A DNA stretch of 63,582 nucleotides, filler included, from Octopus bimaculoides (Eukaryota): assembly GCF_001194135.2 (NCBI RefSeq). It is 6 parts of 6 records of this genome, joined end to end, with 100 filler letters (N's around TTAATTAATTAA, not from the genome) between each part and the next. Parts side by side here need not be neighbours in the genome. Positions count along the whole stretch, not along the records: positions 50,724 to 59,522 come from NC_068984.1; positions 59,623 to 62,110 come from NC_068991.1; 4 more parts are not named here. One strand, 5' to 3'. The notes beneath the pieces are model-generated. The model searched no databases and was not told the origin of the DNA. It saw only the letters and a list, made by a program, of their open reading frames with translations. Positions 51,738 through 62,049 of the stretch are shown piece by piece. The translations under genes were made by a program, and so were the position numbers. Every line of letters starts with the position of its first letter. Within the stretch, counting starts at the first letter, position 1.

Positions 51738-52870
51738 GGCGGCGAGCTGGCAGAATCGTTAGCACGCCTGGCGAAATGCTTAGCGGTATTTCGTCTGCCG
51801 TTACGTTCTGAGTTCAAATTCCGCCGAGGTCGACTTTGCCTTTCATCCTTTCGGGGTCGATAAATTAAGTACCAGTTACGCACTGGGGTCGATGTAATCA
51901 ACTTAATCCGTTCGTCTGTTCTTGTTTGTTCCCTCTATGTTTAGCCCCTTGTGGGCAATAACGAAATAGGTATTTCGTCTGTCTTTACGTTCTGGGTTCA
52001 AATACCGCCGAGGTCGACTTTGCCTTTCATCCTTCCGGGTTCGATAAATTAAGTACCAGTGAAAGACTACTCCCCTCTCCCCACATTCGAGGCCTTGTAC
52101 CTCCAGTAGAAGGGGTTCTTCTTCTTCTTCTTCTTCTTCTTCTTCTTCTTCTTCTTCTTCTTCTTCTTCTTCTTCTTCTTCTTCTTCTTCTTCTTCTTCT
52201 TCTTCTTCTTCTTCTTCTTGTTACAGTGGCGAGGTGGCATGCCAGGCGAAATGCTTAGCTGTATTTCCTCTGCTGCAACGTTCGGAGTTCAAATTCCGCC
52301 GAGGTCAACTTTCCCTTTCATCCTTTCGGGGTCGATGAATTAAGTACCAGTGAAACGCTGGGGCCGACGAAACCGACTATCTCCCTCCTCAAAATTTCAG
52401 GCCTTGTATCTATAGAAGAAAGGATTATTGTTGCTGTTGTTCTCGTTCTTGTTGTTGTTAAGGCGGCGAGCTGGCAGAATCGTTAGCACGCCAGGCTTAG
52501 CGGTCTTTCGTCTGTCGCTGCATTCTGAGTTCAAACTTCGCCGAAGTCAACTTTTCCCCTCATCCTTTCAGGTTCGATGAAATAAGTACCAGTTACGTAT
52601 TGGGGTCGATGTAATCTACTAACCCTCATCCCCACAAATTCCAGACCTTGTGCCGATAGTAGAAAGGATTATTGTTGTTGTTGTTTGTGTTGTTAAGGCG
52701 GCGAGCGGGCAGAAACGTTAGCATGCTGAGTGAAATGCTTAACGGTATTTCGTCCATCTTCACGTTCAGAGTTCAAATCCCGTCGAGGTAGACTTGGCCA
52801 GTCATCCTTTCGGGGTCGATAACATGAGTACCAGTAGAGCAGTGGAGTCGATGTAATCGAGTAATCCCCT
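51738..52870 (+). mobile_element. Head-to-tail array of five SINE family A copies with (TTG)n/(TTC)n spacers
   Basis: Copies at about 51738, 51968, 52225, 52462 and 52697; (TTC)n at 52107-52218. Confidence 0.95.
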
Positions 52871-53955
52871 ACGTACAACGGCTTTCGTTTCTTCGTGCTT
52901 TAGAACTCGCGATTTTTATCGGATGATATGATATTTGTATTTCACCACTTTTAATTTGCTCGCTGCCTCTTCGTTTAAACTATTCTTCTCTGTTGTTCCT
53001 TCTTTGTTAAACCATATGGATTCGGTAATCACAGTCTTTAGAGAGCTCACAAATCGTTCTTGACGTTCACACCTCTAAGCTACCACCTAACCAATTAGTT
53101 AATGCGGTAATGCCCGCGAGGGACAAGAAGTTCAACTTCCATTGTGTTCTGTTTGGGTCAACCATATAGATGACAAATTTACCATTTGTGTCGTGGATTG
53201 AACTGTGAATACCTTACATTATTATTGTCCATTAATCTAACAAATACCCAAATTAAATCGATTTTGGATGGTTTGGTGTGGTTGCTTTATATTTATACTT
53301 GTGAATTTACGAAATCCTTTCTGTATCCATTAGAGGGTTGCAACTGACAGAGAAAGTTCGTGAAACTTTTACACCATCCTTTCCTATCGGCTGGCCCTAC
53401 ACAATCCAAGCGTACGCCGAAAATGTCAATTCACTCTCTGATTAACACTGCCTTCTACCATAGCTGTCATATTTTTAAAAGAGGCATATTTTTATAAGAG
53501 ACACTGTATACTGTGCCGAAGCATACACACACATATGTATATATACATACACACACATATGTATATTTATATGTATATATAAACATATAGAATAAGAAAT
53601 TTTAGTGGAAATAATACTTCATGTATACATATATATATATATGTGTGTGTGTGTGTGTATGTGCGTGTGTGTGTGTGTACGTGTGTGTTTGTATGTGAGT
53701 TCATATATATTTGTGCAGCTCAAATGATGATTGTCTATTCCCACCGAGTTTACATACATAATACAAACATACATGCACGCACACACACACACACGCACAC
53801 AGAAAGAAGTATAGCGCACAATAAAACATTGTTATTGTATTGGTGTGGTACATGTGGTGTGTTTCCTTGTATGTGTGTTACGTATGTATGCATATGTTTA
53901 CGTAAATATACGTATATTTGCGTGGGTGCGTGCGTGTTTGTGTGTGTATGTGTGA

Positions 53956-53992
<37 letters not shown>

Positions 53993-55269
53993 AAGTATTA
54001 TTTTGCTTCTATTGTCCTGTATCGCTAAACACGACAGCTTGTTACTGATAACGAGTACACGAGTACATGTGAGTACATGTGTTTTTACAACCTCAGCGTC
54101 TATCAGCGCAGACATGTTTAGGCTGGCCTGTCCAGCGCATTGTCTACATCATCGCCACCACGACCACCACCGCCTCCCAACGCCCCTATTACTACAACTA
54201 CGACGACGGTGACGAACCAAAACCACCGCCACTGCCACCACCATAACCACCACTACCACGTCGCCACTAACACCGCCGCCGCCACCNNNNNNNNNNNNNN
54301 NNNNNNNNNNNNNNNNNNNNNNNNNNNNNNNNNNNNNNNNNNNNNNNNNNNNNNNNNNNNNNNNNNNNNNNNNNNNNNNNNNNNNNNNNNNNNNNNNNNN
54401 NNNNNNNNNNNNNNNNNNNNNNNNNNNNNNNNNNNNNNNNNNNNNNNNNNNNNNNNNNNNNNNNNNNNNNNNNNNNNNNNNNNNNNNNNNNNNNNNNNNN
54501 NNNNNNNNNNNNNNNNNNNNNNNNNNNNNNNNNNNNNNNNNNNNNNNNNNNNNNNNNNNNNNNNNNNNNNNNNNNNNNNNNNNNNNNNNNNNNNNNNNNN
54601 NNNNNNNNNNNNNNNNNNNNNNNNNNNNNNNNNNNNNNNNNNNNNNNNNNNNNNNNNNNNNNNNNNNNNNNNNNNNNNNNNNNNNNNNNNNNNNNNNNNN
54701 NNNNNNNNNNNNNNNNNNNNNNNNNNNNNNNNNNNNNNNNNNNNNNNNNNNNNNNNNNNNNNNNNNNNNNNNNNNNNNNNNNNNNNNNNNNNNNNNNNNN
54801 NNNNNNNNNNNNNNNNNNNNNNNNNNNNNNNNNNNNNNNNNNCTCCTGGTGGTAGTCATATGAGCAGTGAATAAGCAGCGGCAGTTGTGTAGATGGTGGA
54901 AGTGCCGGTGGAGTAATGCGGCTGCAGTGGCGGAGGCGACGGCAGTGGTGGTGGTCCTCTTGGTAGACAAGGTATGGGTGGTCATGATGGTGGAAGAGGT
55001 GTTGATGGTAGGTGTGGTAGCGGTGTTGATAGTTGCAATGGTCGATGGCTGCTGTGGCCTGTTGTGGTTTTAAGATGGTGGTGGTGGTGGTGATGATGGC
55101 GGTTGTGGTTGTGATGGTGGACGTTGCGTTGGTGGTTATAGAGTGGTAGTAGCGGACGGACGCTTTGGTGACGAGCGGCCATAACACTAATGGCGATCGT
55201 GGATAAGTTGTTATTGCTTGCCGTGGTAGTTTTGCAAGGTTGCAGAAGCATCAATCGATGACAATTTAA

Positions 55270-55465
55270 AATCAACAAGACCCGGAAGGGGAAGGCTTTC
55301 GCTTAAGGAAACATATGACACGTTGCAGAAAAATCCGAAAGGATGCTGCAAGAAAGCAAGGAATCAAATGGAAAGAAGCACGAAAAAAGTGCTCAGAGTC
55401 TAGAACAGAGAAGAAAAGTCATCAGCGACGGCCTATGATCCATAAGAAGCGAAGGGCTTAAGTAA
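55270..55465 (+). mobile_element. RTE-clade LINE 3' fragment (degenerate)
   Basis: Remnants of GR.R.TW.R, W.EARK.AQ.R..W and a ...GLK*-TAAGTAAATAAG ending. Confidence 0.5.
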
Positions 55466-55489
55466 ATAAGAGCCTTTAAAAAAAATGCT

Positions 55490-55726
55490 CCCTTTTAAAG
55501 CCTTGCCAGGCTCATTGGCCCGGTTTCCCGGTTTCAATGGCGTATGTGACACCCAGCTGAACGCCAGTCCATCGCAGCGTTACTCATTTTTAACAGCTGA
55601 GTGAACTGGAGCAACGTGAAATGAAGTGTTTTGCTCAAGAACGCAACGCGTCGCCCGGTCCAGGAATCGAAACCACAATCTTACGATCATAGTGCTGACA
55701 CCCTAACCACTAAGCCACGCGCCTCC
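55490..55726 (-). mobile_element. tRNA-derived SINE with V-SINE-like central motif (degenerate relatives at about 1770-1850 and 3320-3450)
   Basis: Minus strand ggaggcgcgtggcttagtggttagggtg...ggtttcgattcc (A/B boxes), ttgagcaaaacacttc, gctgcgatggactggcgt. Confidence 0.8.
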
Positions 55727-56024
55727 ACAAATAAGGGCAATAAGGCAGCTTATTACCCAGAAACAGCATCAGCAATGCAAAGCTATTGAAGCAATTCATT
55801 GTGAGCTTGTTTCCTCCAGAGACACTGAAGTTGTTAAGCTTGCTGATGATATCGAGGACTCGCCTGATAATGACTCGGTCTCTTCTCTGTTCTATCAGAC
55901 CTCTACGGGTTGGCAGCAAGGGCTAGTAGAACATCGCAGTCCTACTAGCTCAAAGTGAAATGTCATTCCGTGTACGTGTCTTACCCCAACCTTAATACAT
56001 ATCGTTAACACACATAGCGAAGAC

Positions 56025-56640
56025 CTCAGTAAAATGTAAGCACGACAAACCTAATATAATGATTTGGGATAGAGAAGGGAAACTCTGCACAGTTGTGGAA
56101 ATTAGCTGCCCAGCGGATGTTAACATAGAGCTGAAGATTACTGAAAAAGAGAACACTCATTCTGAACTATTTAGAAATCTACAGTTGCTCTATCCAGATT
56201 ACAAGTTCCGGTTTATACCTATAATTATTGGTGCCCTGGGATGTGTAACACACTGCCTAAATACCACTCTTGAGTAATTAGGCTTTTCAGAACCAGAAAG
56301 GAGAAAGCTAATTCGAAGACTACAGCTCCAACCCATCACTGGAACTGTAAAAATTTGTAAAACTTTCCAGAAGTTTATCATTTAAATACATATGAGCATG
56401 TCTAGATATGCAACTATATGCATGAGAATACACGCATAAAAGCATACATACATACATTCATACATACATATATACGTACATACATACATACAAACAAAAT
56501 ACCCTGTTGTTGATGTTGAAATTCCAATGAAGGAACCGCAGATCTTCGTTAGAAAACGATTCTTTCTCAATTGGCAAGAAATCTTGAAATAAACTGGATA
56601 ATGACATACATACATACATACATACATACATACATACATA
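56025..56640 (+). mobile_element. R4/Dong-like LINE 3' end: REL endonuclease plus 3' UTR and (TACA)n tail
   Basis: HDKPNIMIWD...VVEISCPAD.N...EKE, IPIIIGALG, one internal stop, ends KTFQKFII*. Confidence 0.85.
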
Positions 56641-56906
56641 CAATATTGAACATCACAGCCTCTCCTTCATTAAAATCGCTAGATTCCAATGCATATCAAT
56701 ATTATAATATTAATTTAATCCACATTTTAAAATGAGTTATACAAGGGGAAAGGCAGGTAAATTTTTCGCTGGACAAGACCCAATGACGTATATATATGCA
56801 TAAATATATATACATGCGTGTATGTATACATGTAAATATATATTTATGTGCATATATATATATACATACATTATATATTTATATATATATTCAATATATA
56901 TACGTA

Positions 56907-56939
<33 letters not shown>

Positions 56940-57066
56940 CACATGAGTGTATGTTAGTCTGTATGTGCGTGTGTTAGTCTGCGTGTGTGCGTGTGCGTGT
57001 ATGTATAAGTGTCTGTGTGTCTGTGTGTGTATTTGTATATGAACGTGTTTGTGTGCTTCTCTGTAG

Positions 57067-57087
57067 GTGTGTCAAAAATCGAAAGAG
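57067..57087 (+). CDS. Candidate 21-nt micro-exon (VCQKSKE), phase 0-0
   Basis: Acceptor tttgtgtgcttctctgtag|, donor GAG|GTAAAT; phase compatible with exon 51361-51473; other exons could lie in N gaps. Confidence 0.4.
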
Positions 57088-57379
57088 GTAAATAAACTCT
57101 TAAGAATCATTCTTAAGGAACGATAAGCGCTAATCTCATTAATCCGCGGGATTAAAATTGGAAATGTTTCAGACACTCTGTGATAACTTATCTCGAGTAA
57201 AAGACGGCACGTGGCTGATTAAAATATCTTAATAACAGAAACAAAAATATCTTTTTTCGTTTCGAAAATATGTTTTTTTATTATATTATATTATATTTCA
57301 TTATTTTTTTTGCATATTTATTTTATTAATTTTAATGATTATTACTATGAACCCTTATTATTCTTCAACGTATCCATGT

Positions 57380-58040
57380 CTTATCTTGTTGTTGTTAGTG
57401 ATGCTGATGATGATGGTCGTGGTAGTAGTGGTGATGACGGTGGTATTGTGGTATAGCTGTTGTTGTTTGTTGTTGTTTGTCGTAGTTGAGGTGCTGTAGG
57501 TGGTTTTGATGATGATGATGATGTTATTGTTGCTGTTGTTGATGATGATGATGATGATTTTGATAAAGATGGTATCAGTGGTTATGCTAAGACTGATGGT
57601 GGTGGTGGTAGTGGTGGTAATATAGGTCGTCGTGGTGTACGTGGTAGTGGTGGTAGTCGCAGTGGAAGTGATGTACATGATAGAAAAGCTAATGATGCTG
57701 GCAGTGCTTGTGGAGATGTTGATGATAATGATTATGATGATAATGGCAGTGGTGGTGGTGGTGGTGGTGGTGGCGGTGGTGGTGGTGGTGGTCGTCGTCG
57801 TAGTAGTAGTGGCTGTATAGGTTTCGGTGGTGTTAGTGATGTGGTCATGATTGTGAAGAGGGTGATGATGACGACATCGACAACAAGGTCGACAACCAAG
57901 ATTATAATGACGATGGTGATGGTAATGGTACTGATAGCCATGTTGATGATGATGAGAATGATAAATGTTGTTGTTGTTGATGATGATGATGATGATGAGG
58001 AGGAGGAGGAGGAGGATAATGACGACGACGACGATGCTAT
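57380..58040. repeat. Degenerate triplet low-complexity field (GTG/GAT/GTT/GAC); similar fields at 54140-55250 and 62990-63200
   Basis: Direct reading; no coherent ORF. Confidence 0.85.
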
Positions 58041-58311
58041 GTTTAAGAGCAGGTTAATGAACCCTTGTATGCAAATATGGTAGAGTGTTTGCCGATAAAG
58101 CTTTTGATAACAATCTATATACCAGGCTGTTTATGCACACAAAGACATTTACATATATGCGTATGCATAAATTATTTCCATATCTGTATAATTCTCGGCG
58201 CTTCTGTAAAAAACAAACTTTGTTTACATATATCATAATTTGAATTTCACAAACAACAACAATAAAAAGCTAAATTTGTAAGTTCAAAAATTGCAGAAAA
58301 ATTTGTCAGTG

Positions 58312-58383
58312 GACAGTTTAGCTTAATGGTAAAGCACTTGACCGGTAATCACAGAGATGTAAGTTCGAGTCTCATGGCTGGCC
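58312..58383 (+). pseudogene. tRNA-Thr-like sequence (anticodon GGT), degenerate
   Basis: D-arm GCTT-AATGGTA-AAGC perfect; anticodon arm CTTGA-CCGGTAA-TCA(C)AG with a 1-nt bulge; T-loop TTCGAGT; mismatches in acceptor and T stems. Confidence 0.65.
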
Positions 58384-58519
58384 GCTGACAAATTTCAGCA
58401 TTATTCTGTGTTTGAGAATAAATTTACTTCCATATCTGTATATATATGTGTATGTCGTGGAATTATAAATCTGTTCTATGCAAAAGATTTACTCCTTGAC
58501 AGAATAATATGAACAAAGA

Positions 58520-58860
58520 AAGCGCTTCAAGAACACATTCAATGCTTCACTGAAGAGTTTTGAGATCAACCTCGACATCTGGGCAACTCAGTCACAAGAC
58601 CGTACTGCCAGGCTAAGATACACCAACTGAGTAACCGTCTAGTACAGACAGAACAGGATTGCAGGGGCACTACGGAAACGCGAACTACACAAGGCCAAAT
58701 CCAGTCCGTGTTTTCAGTCTCAAATGACCACCAGTTCTTGACTTGCGGAGGAGCCTTCTGACTATGCATCGGACTGATTGACCGTAGCCGGATACACCCG
58801 TTCACCATCTTCTTCTTCGAGGTGATGCTCTTGGTCAGCGTTAACCACGACGGATAAACT
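58520..58860 (+). mobile_element. RTE-BovB-like LINE 3' end
   Basis: KRFKNTFNASLKSFEINLDIW..Q.QDR, ALRKRELHKAK, terminal C.GAF..CIGLI...RIH zinc-knuckle remnant. Confidence 0.8.
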
Positions 58861-60210
58861 AATGATAAGGTTTGATAGTAAGAAACAAATGACATGGTTG
58901 AGGTAACCACAAAATCTTTTTTTGATCAAGTTGTCAGTTTTAGGATAAGAGGATACGTTGTAAAATCTGATTACACTGCATGGGAAAAGCAAAAAAATGT
59001 TTACGGATTTCATCATAACTCTACTGGATCGCATTTGGCCGTGAGGTTAATAATTCTCAAGTAACAAGGGGGAAAGATAACTTTTGTTAGTTCTCACTTA
59101 AGTTTTGTAAATATACATAAAAGTAACCTGTTAATGCATTCGTATCTATACAGATATATACATACACACATAAGCACAAACACAGACTCCTATATGAATG
59201 TATATTATGTATATATGTACCGTCATCTGGTCGAGCTCTCTCGGACGTTTTTAATTCGCACGCGCCATCCACCTCGGTCCGGCTTTAGTTGAGGAGCGTC
59301 TTCGTGGGGTGTGGGGAGGGCATGCAGTGTCTCTGTTGAGCTGATCTACATACGTTGTGTTCGGGCGATAACTTCAAGTACGGCGGCCATGCTTATAAAT
59401 ATATATGCAAATGCACACATGTAGACACACACACACACATACATACATTTACATATATACCAACATACATATATACATACATACATGCATATATACATGT
59501 ATATATATATATATATATATATNNNNNNNNNNNNNNNNNNNNNNNNNNNNNNNNNNNNNNNNNNNNTTAATTAATTAANNNNNNNNNNNNNNNNNNNNNN
59601 NNNNNNNNNNNNNNNNNNNNNNTGTGTGTGTGTGTGTGTGTGTATGTGTGTGTGTGTGTGCGTGTGTGTATGTGTGTATAATTTTTTGATCTCTTGTCAT
59701 TTATTTCATTTCTGATATCTTTCTCCCTTCTTTCTCTCTCTTTCGCTCTCTCTATACACACACACACACACACACACATATATATGCATACATTATATAT
59801 GTATGTGTATGTATGTGTATGTATGCCTATATATATATATATATATATATATATAGCACTGTGTGTCTTGGTCTTTGCTTCTCTTTCTCTTTCCCTCCAT
59901 CGCATTGTGTCTCTCTGTCTTTCTCTTTATTTAACTCCTTTACTCTCTCTTTCCCTGTTTCTCTCCCTTCTATTCCTCCATCTATCTCTCTTTCACGCTT
60001 CCCTCTCACTCTCCCTCCCCTCCCTCTCTCTCTCGCTTTCTATCTTTCATTTCCACAAAGAGCTTCCTTGGCTGCAATGGCTAAGCTCTGCGATAATTGG
60101 GCAGGGCAGACATTTGGATGCATGGACGGATGTCGGAATGTATGGATGACTAAATGAATGGACGGATGGTTTAGATGGAGAGACGAATGGTTGACTGGCT
60201 GGCTGGCTAG

Positions 60211-60241
<31 letters not shown>

Positions 60242-60284
60242 GCTGGGTATAAGAATGCATGTATGGATAGATATATCTTGTACC

Positions 60285-60625
60285 TTTTACTTGTTTCAGT
60301 CATTAGACTGCGGCCATGCTGGAGTACAGCCTCGAAGTTTCCTTTTTTTTTTTGTCGAACAAATCAATATTAGGATTTATTATTTCTTAAGCCTAGTACT
60401 TATTCTATCGGTCCGTTTTGTCAAATCGCTGAACTACGGGGAGGCAAACACACCAACACCGGTTCTCAAGTGGTGGTGGAAGACAAACAGACAGAAAGAC
60501 ACACACATACAGGAGTGGTTGTGTGGTAAGTATCTTGCTTACCAGCCACATGATTGCGGGTTCAGTCCTACTGCGTGGAACCTTGGGCAAGTGTCTTCTC
60601 CTATAGCCTTGGGCCGACCAAAGCA
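60285..60625. mobile_element. SINE family B tail (-) abutting a family B head (+); another head (-) at 62211-62340
   Basis: cttttacttgtttcagtcattagactgcggcc... then ggagtggttgtgtggtaagta...ttgggccgaccaaagc. Confidence 0.85.
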
Positions 60626-60659
60626 ACTGTGATAATTTTAGGAGTGACGAGTGACGAGT

Positions 60660-60990
60660 AACGATGTCCATGTCATGCAATCTCACCTGATTCAACAGGG
60701 GCTTAAAGTCAATTGATGTGCTGGGGACATTTGCTTAATCCTGGATGGATGAAGTACGCAATAGAAAACTGTACATGCTTCATCATGACTCAGCAACTTC
60801 GCACAAACCCAGAGTAACTCCAAGAACGAATGCTTGAAAATCTTTACTATCATGTAACACCAAATGTATGTTCTTTAAGCACATCAAATTTAAATCCCAT
60901 CGACTTCTACGTATGGGGTGTTGTTGGAGAGAGTGAGACTAATCGAATCCTCTCAATACACTACTATAGGTTCCGTGAAGGCCGCCATTG
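60660..60990 (+). mobile_element. Tc1/mariner maT (DD37D)-like transposase fragment, degenerate
   Basis: Remnants of HVM..HL.QQGLKVN, PWMDEVRN.K.YMLHHDSA.SHK, NPIDFYVWGVV..ETN. Confidence 0.75.
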
Positions 60991-60994
60991 GATG

Positions 60995-61507
60995 AAGGGA
61001 TGATTATGGAATGTTTATTATTTTGATATTTAGATATTTTTAATAATTTTTCTATCTTTATAATATAAGTATTTCATATAAATTCATTTGGTACTTATTG
61101 TTGGTTGATATATATATTATTTATTATAATTATTGTTCTATTTACGACCTGACGATTAGCTGTATTTTTGAATAGAATTTATTTTCTATAATTTTAATTG
61201 ATTTTAATCGATTTAAATTTCCTTTCTATTTGAAAATTAGTTATGAAACACGTGTAGTCATTTTATTATCTTTATCTTATGATATTTACTTTGTTTTATA
61301 TTATACTCATTTATTGTGCTTTTAATTATTAATTTTTCTATATGTGATAGCGGATTTTCATCGATGAGTTCTTGAAACTTGGTTATTTTCCCTAAAACTA
61401 TATATTTTATATATATTTTAATCTATAAAACTCAATTTAATTTTAATTTTTTATAAATTGATTTTAATTGAGTTTTTACCTGTAATTTTGGATTTTGTCC
61501 CTAATAT

Positions 61508-61510
<3 letters not shown>
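60995..61510 (+). mobile_element. AT-rich Penelope-like terminal-repeat remnant
   Basis: Internal diverged direct repeats (ttaattgattttaat), ctgacgattagc and cgatgagttcttgaaac core-like motifs. Confidence 0.35.
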
Positions 61511-61550
<40 letters not shown>

Positions 61551-61987
61551 TACTTATATAAGTATATGTACATATTCACGTGCGTATATACTTACATACA
61601 TACATAACTATATATATACATTTTTGTATATATTGTATGTAATATGATATACATATATATATATATATATATATAATGATGTAAATATGTATATATATGA
61701 TATTATAAAAATTTGCATGTATGATTATGTATGTATACATTTGTGTGCATGTACGCATGTATGTGAGTATGCGTGTATGTGTGTATGTATGGACATGAAA
61801 GTTTTTTCGGTGGGTAAATGCAAACGGTGAAGGAGAAAGTCGATGATAGAAGCCCGGCGTGGTGATGGGAAGGAAAAGTGCCACAAAGGACGAAGCTGGA
61901 CAACAAGGAAGTGGACAAACCATTTTATGTAAGAACTCTACTGTTGCTGCGCTATTAAAAATCCTTAGGTATGTGTGTGCATGTGTA

Positions 61988-62049
<62 letters not shown>

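Noticed and set aside
54037-54250. Alternative phase-0 exon candidates (LVTDNEYTST; ...QRPYYYNYDDGDEPKPPPLPPP*)
   Set aside because: Weak acceptors in low-complexity triplet sequence; mutually inconsistent
57173-57232. Possible next exon TLCDNLSRVKDGTWLIKIS* after an 85-nt intron
   Set aside because: Weak polypyrimidine tract and overlap with the motif cluster; not enough support to call
58312-58383. Functional tRNA-Thr(GGT) gene
   Set aside because: Bulged anticodon stem, mismatched acceptor and T stems, atypical anticodon; kept as a pseudogene or element
59285-59375. Possible insulin A-chain-like ending (QCLC*ADLHTLCS)
   Set aside because: In-frame stop, no CC motif, no good acceptor
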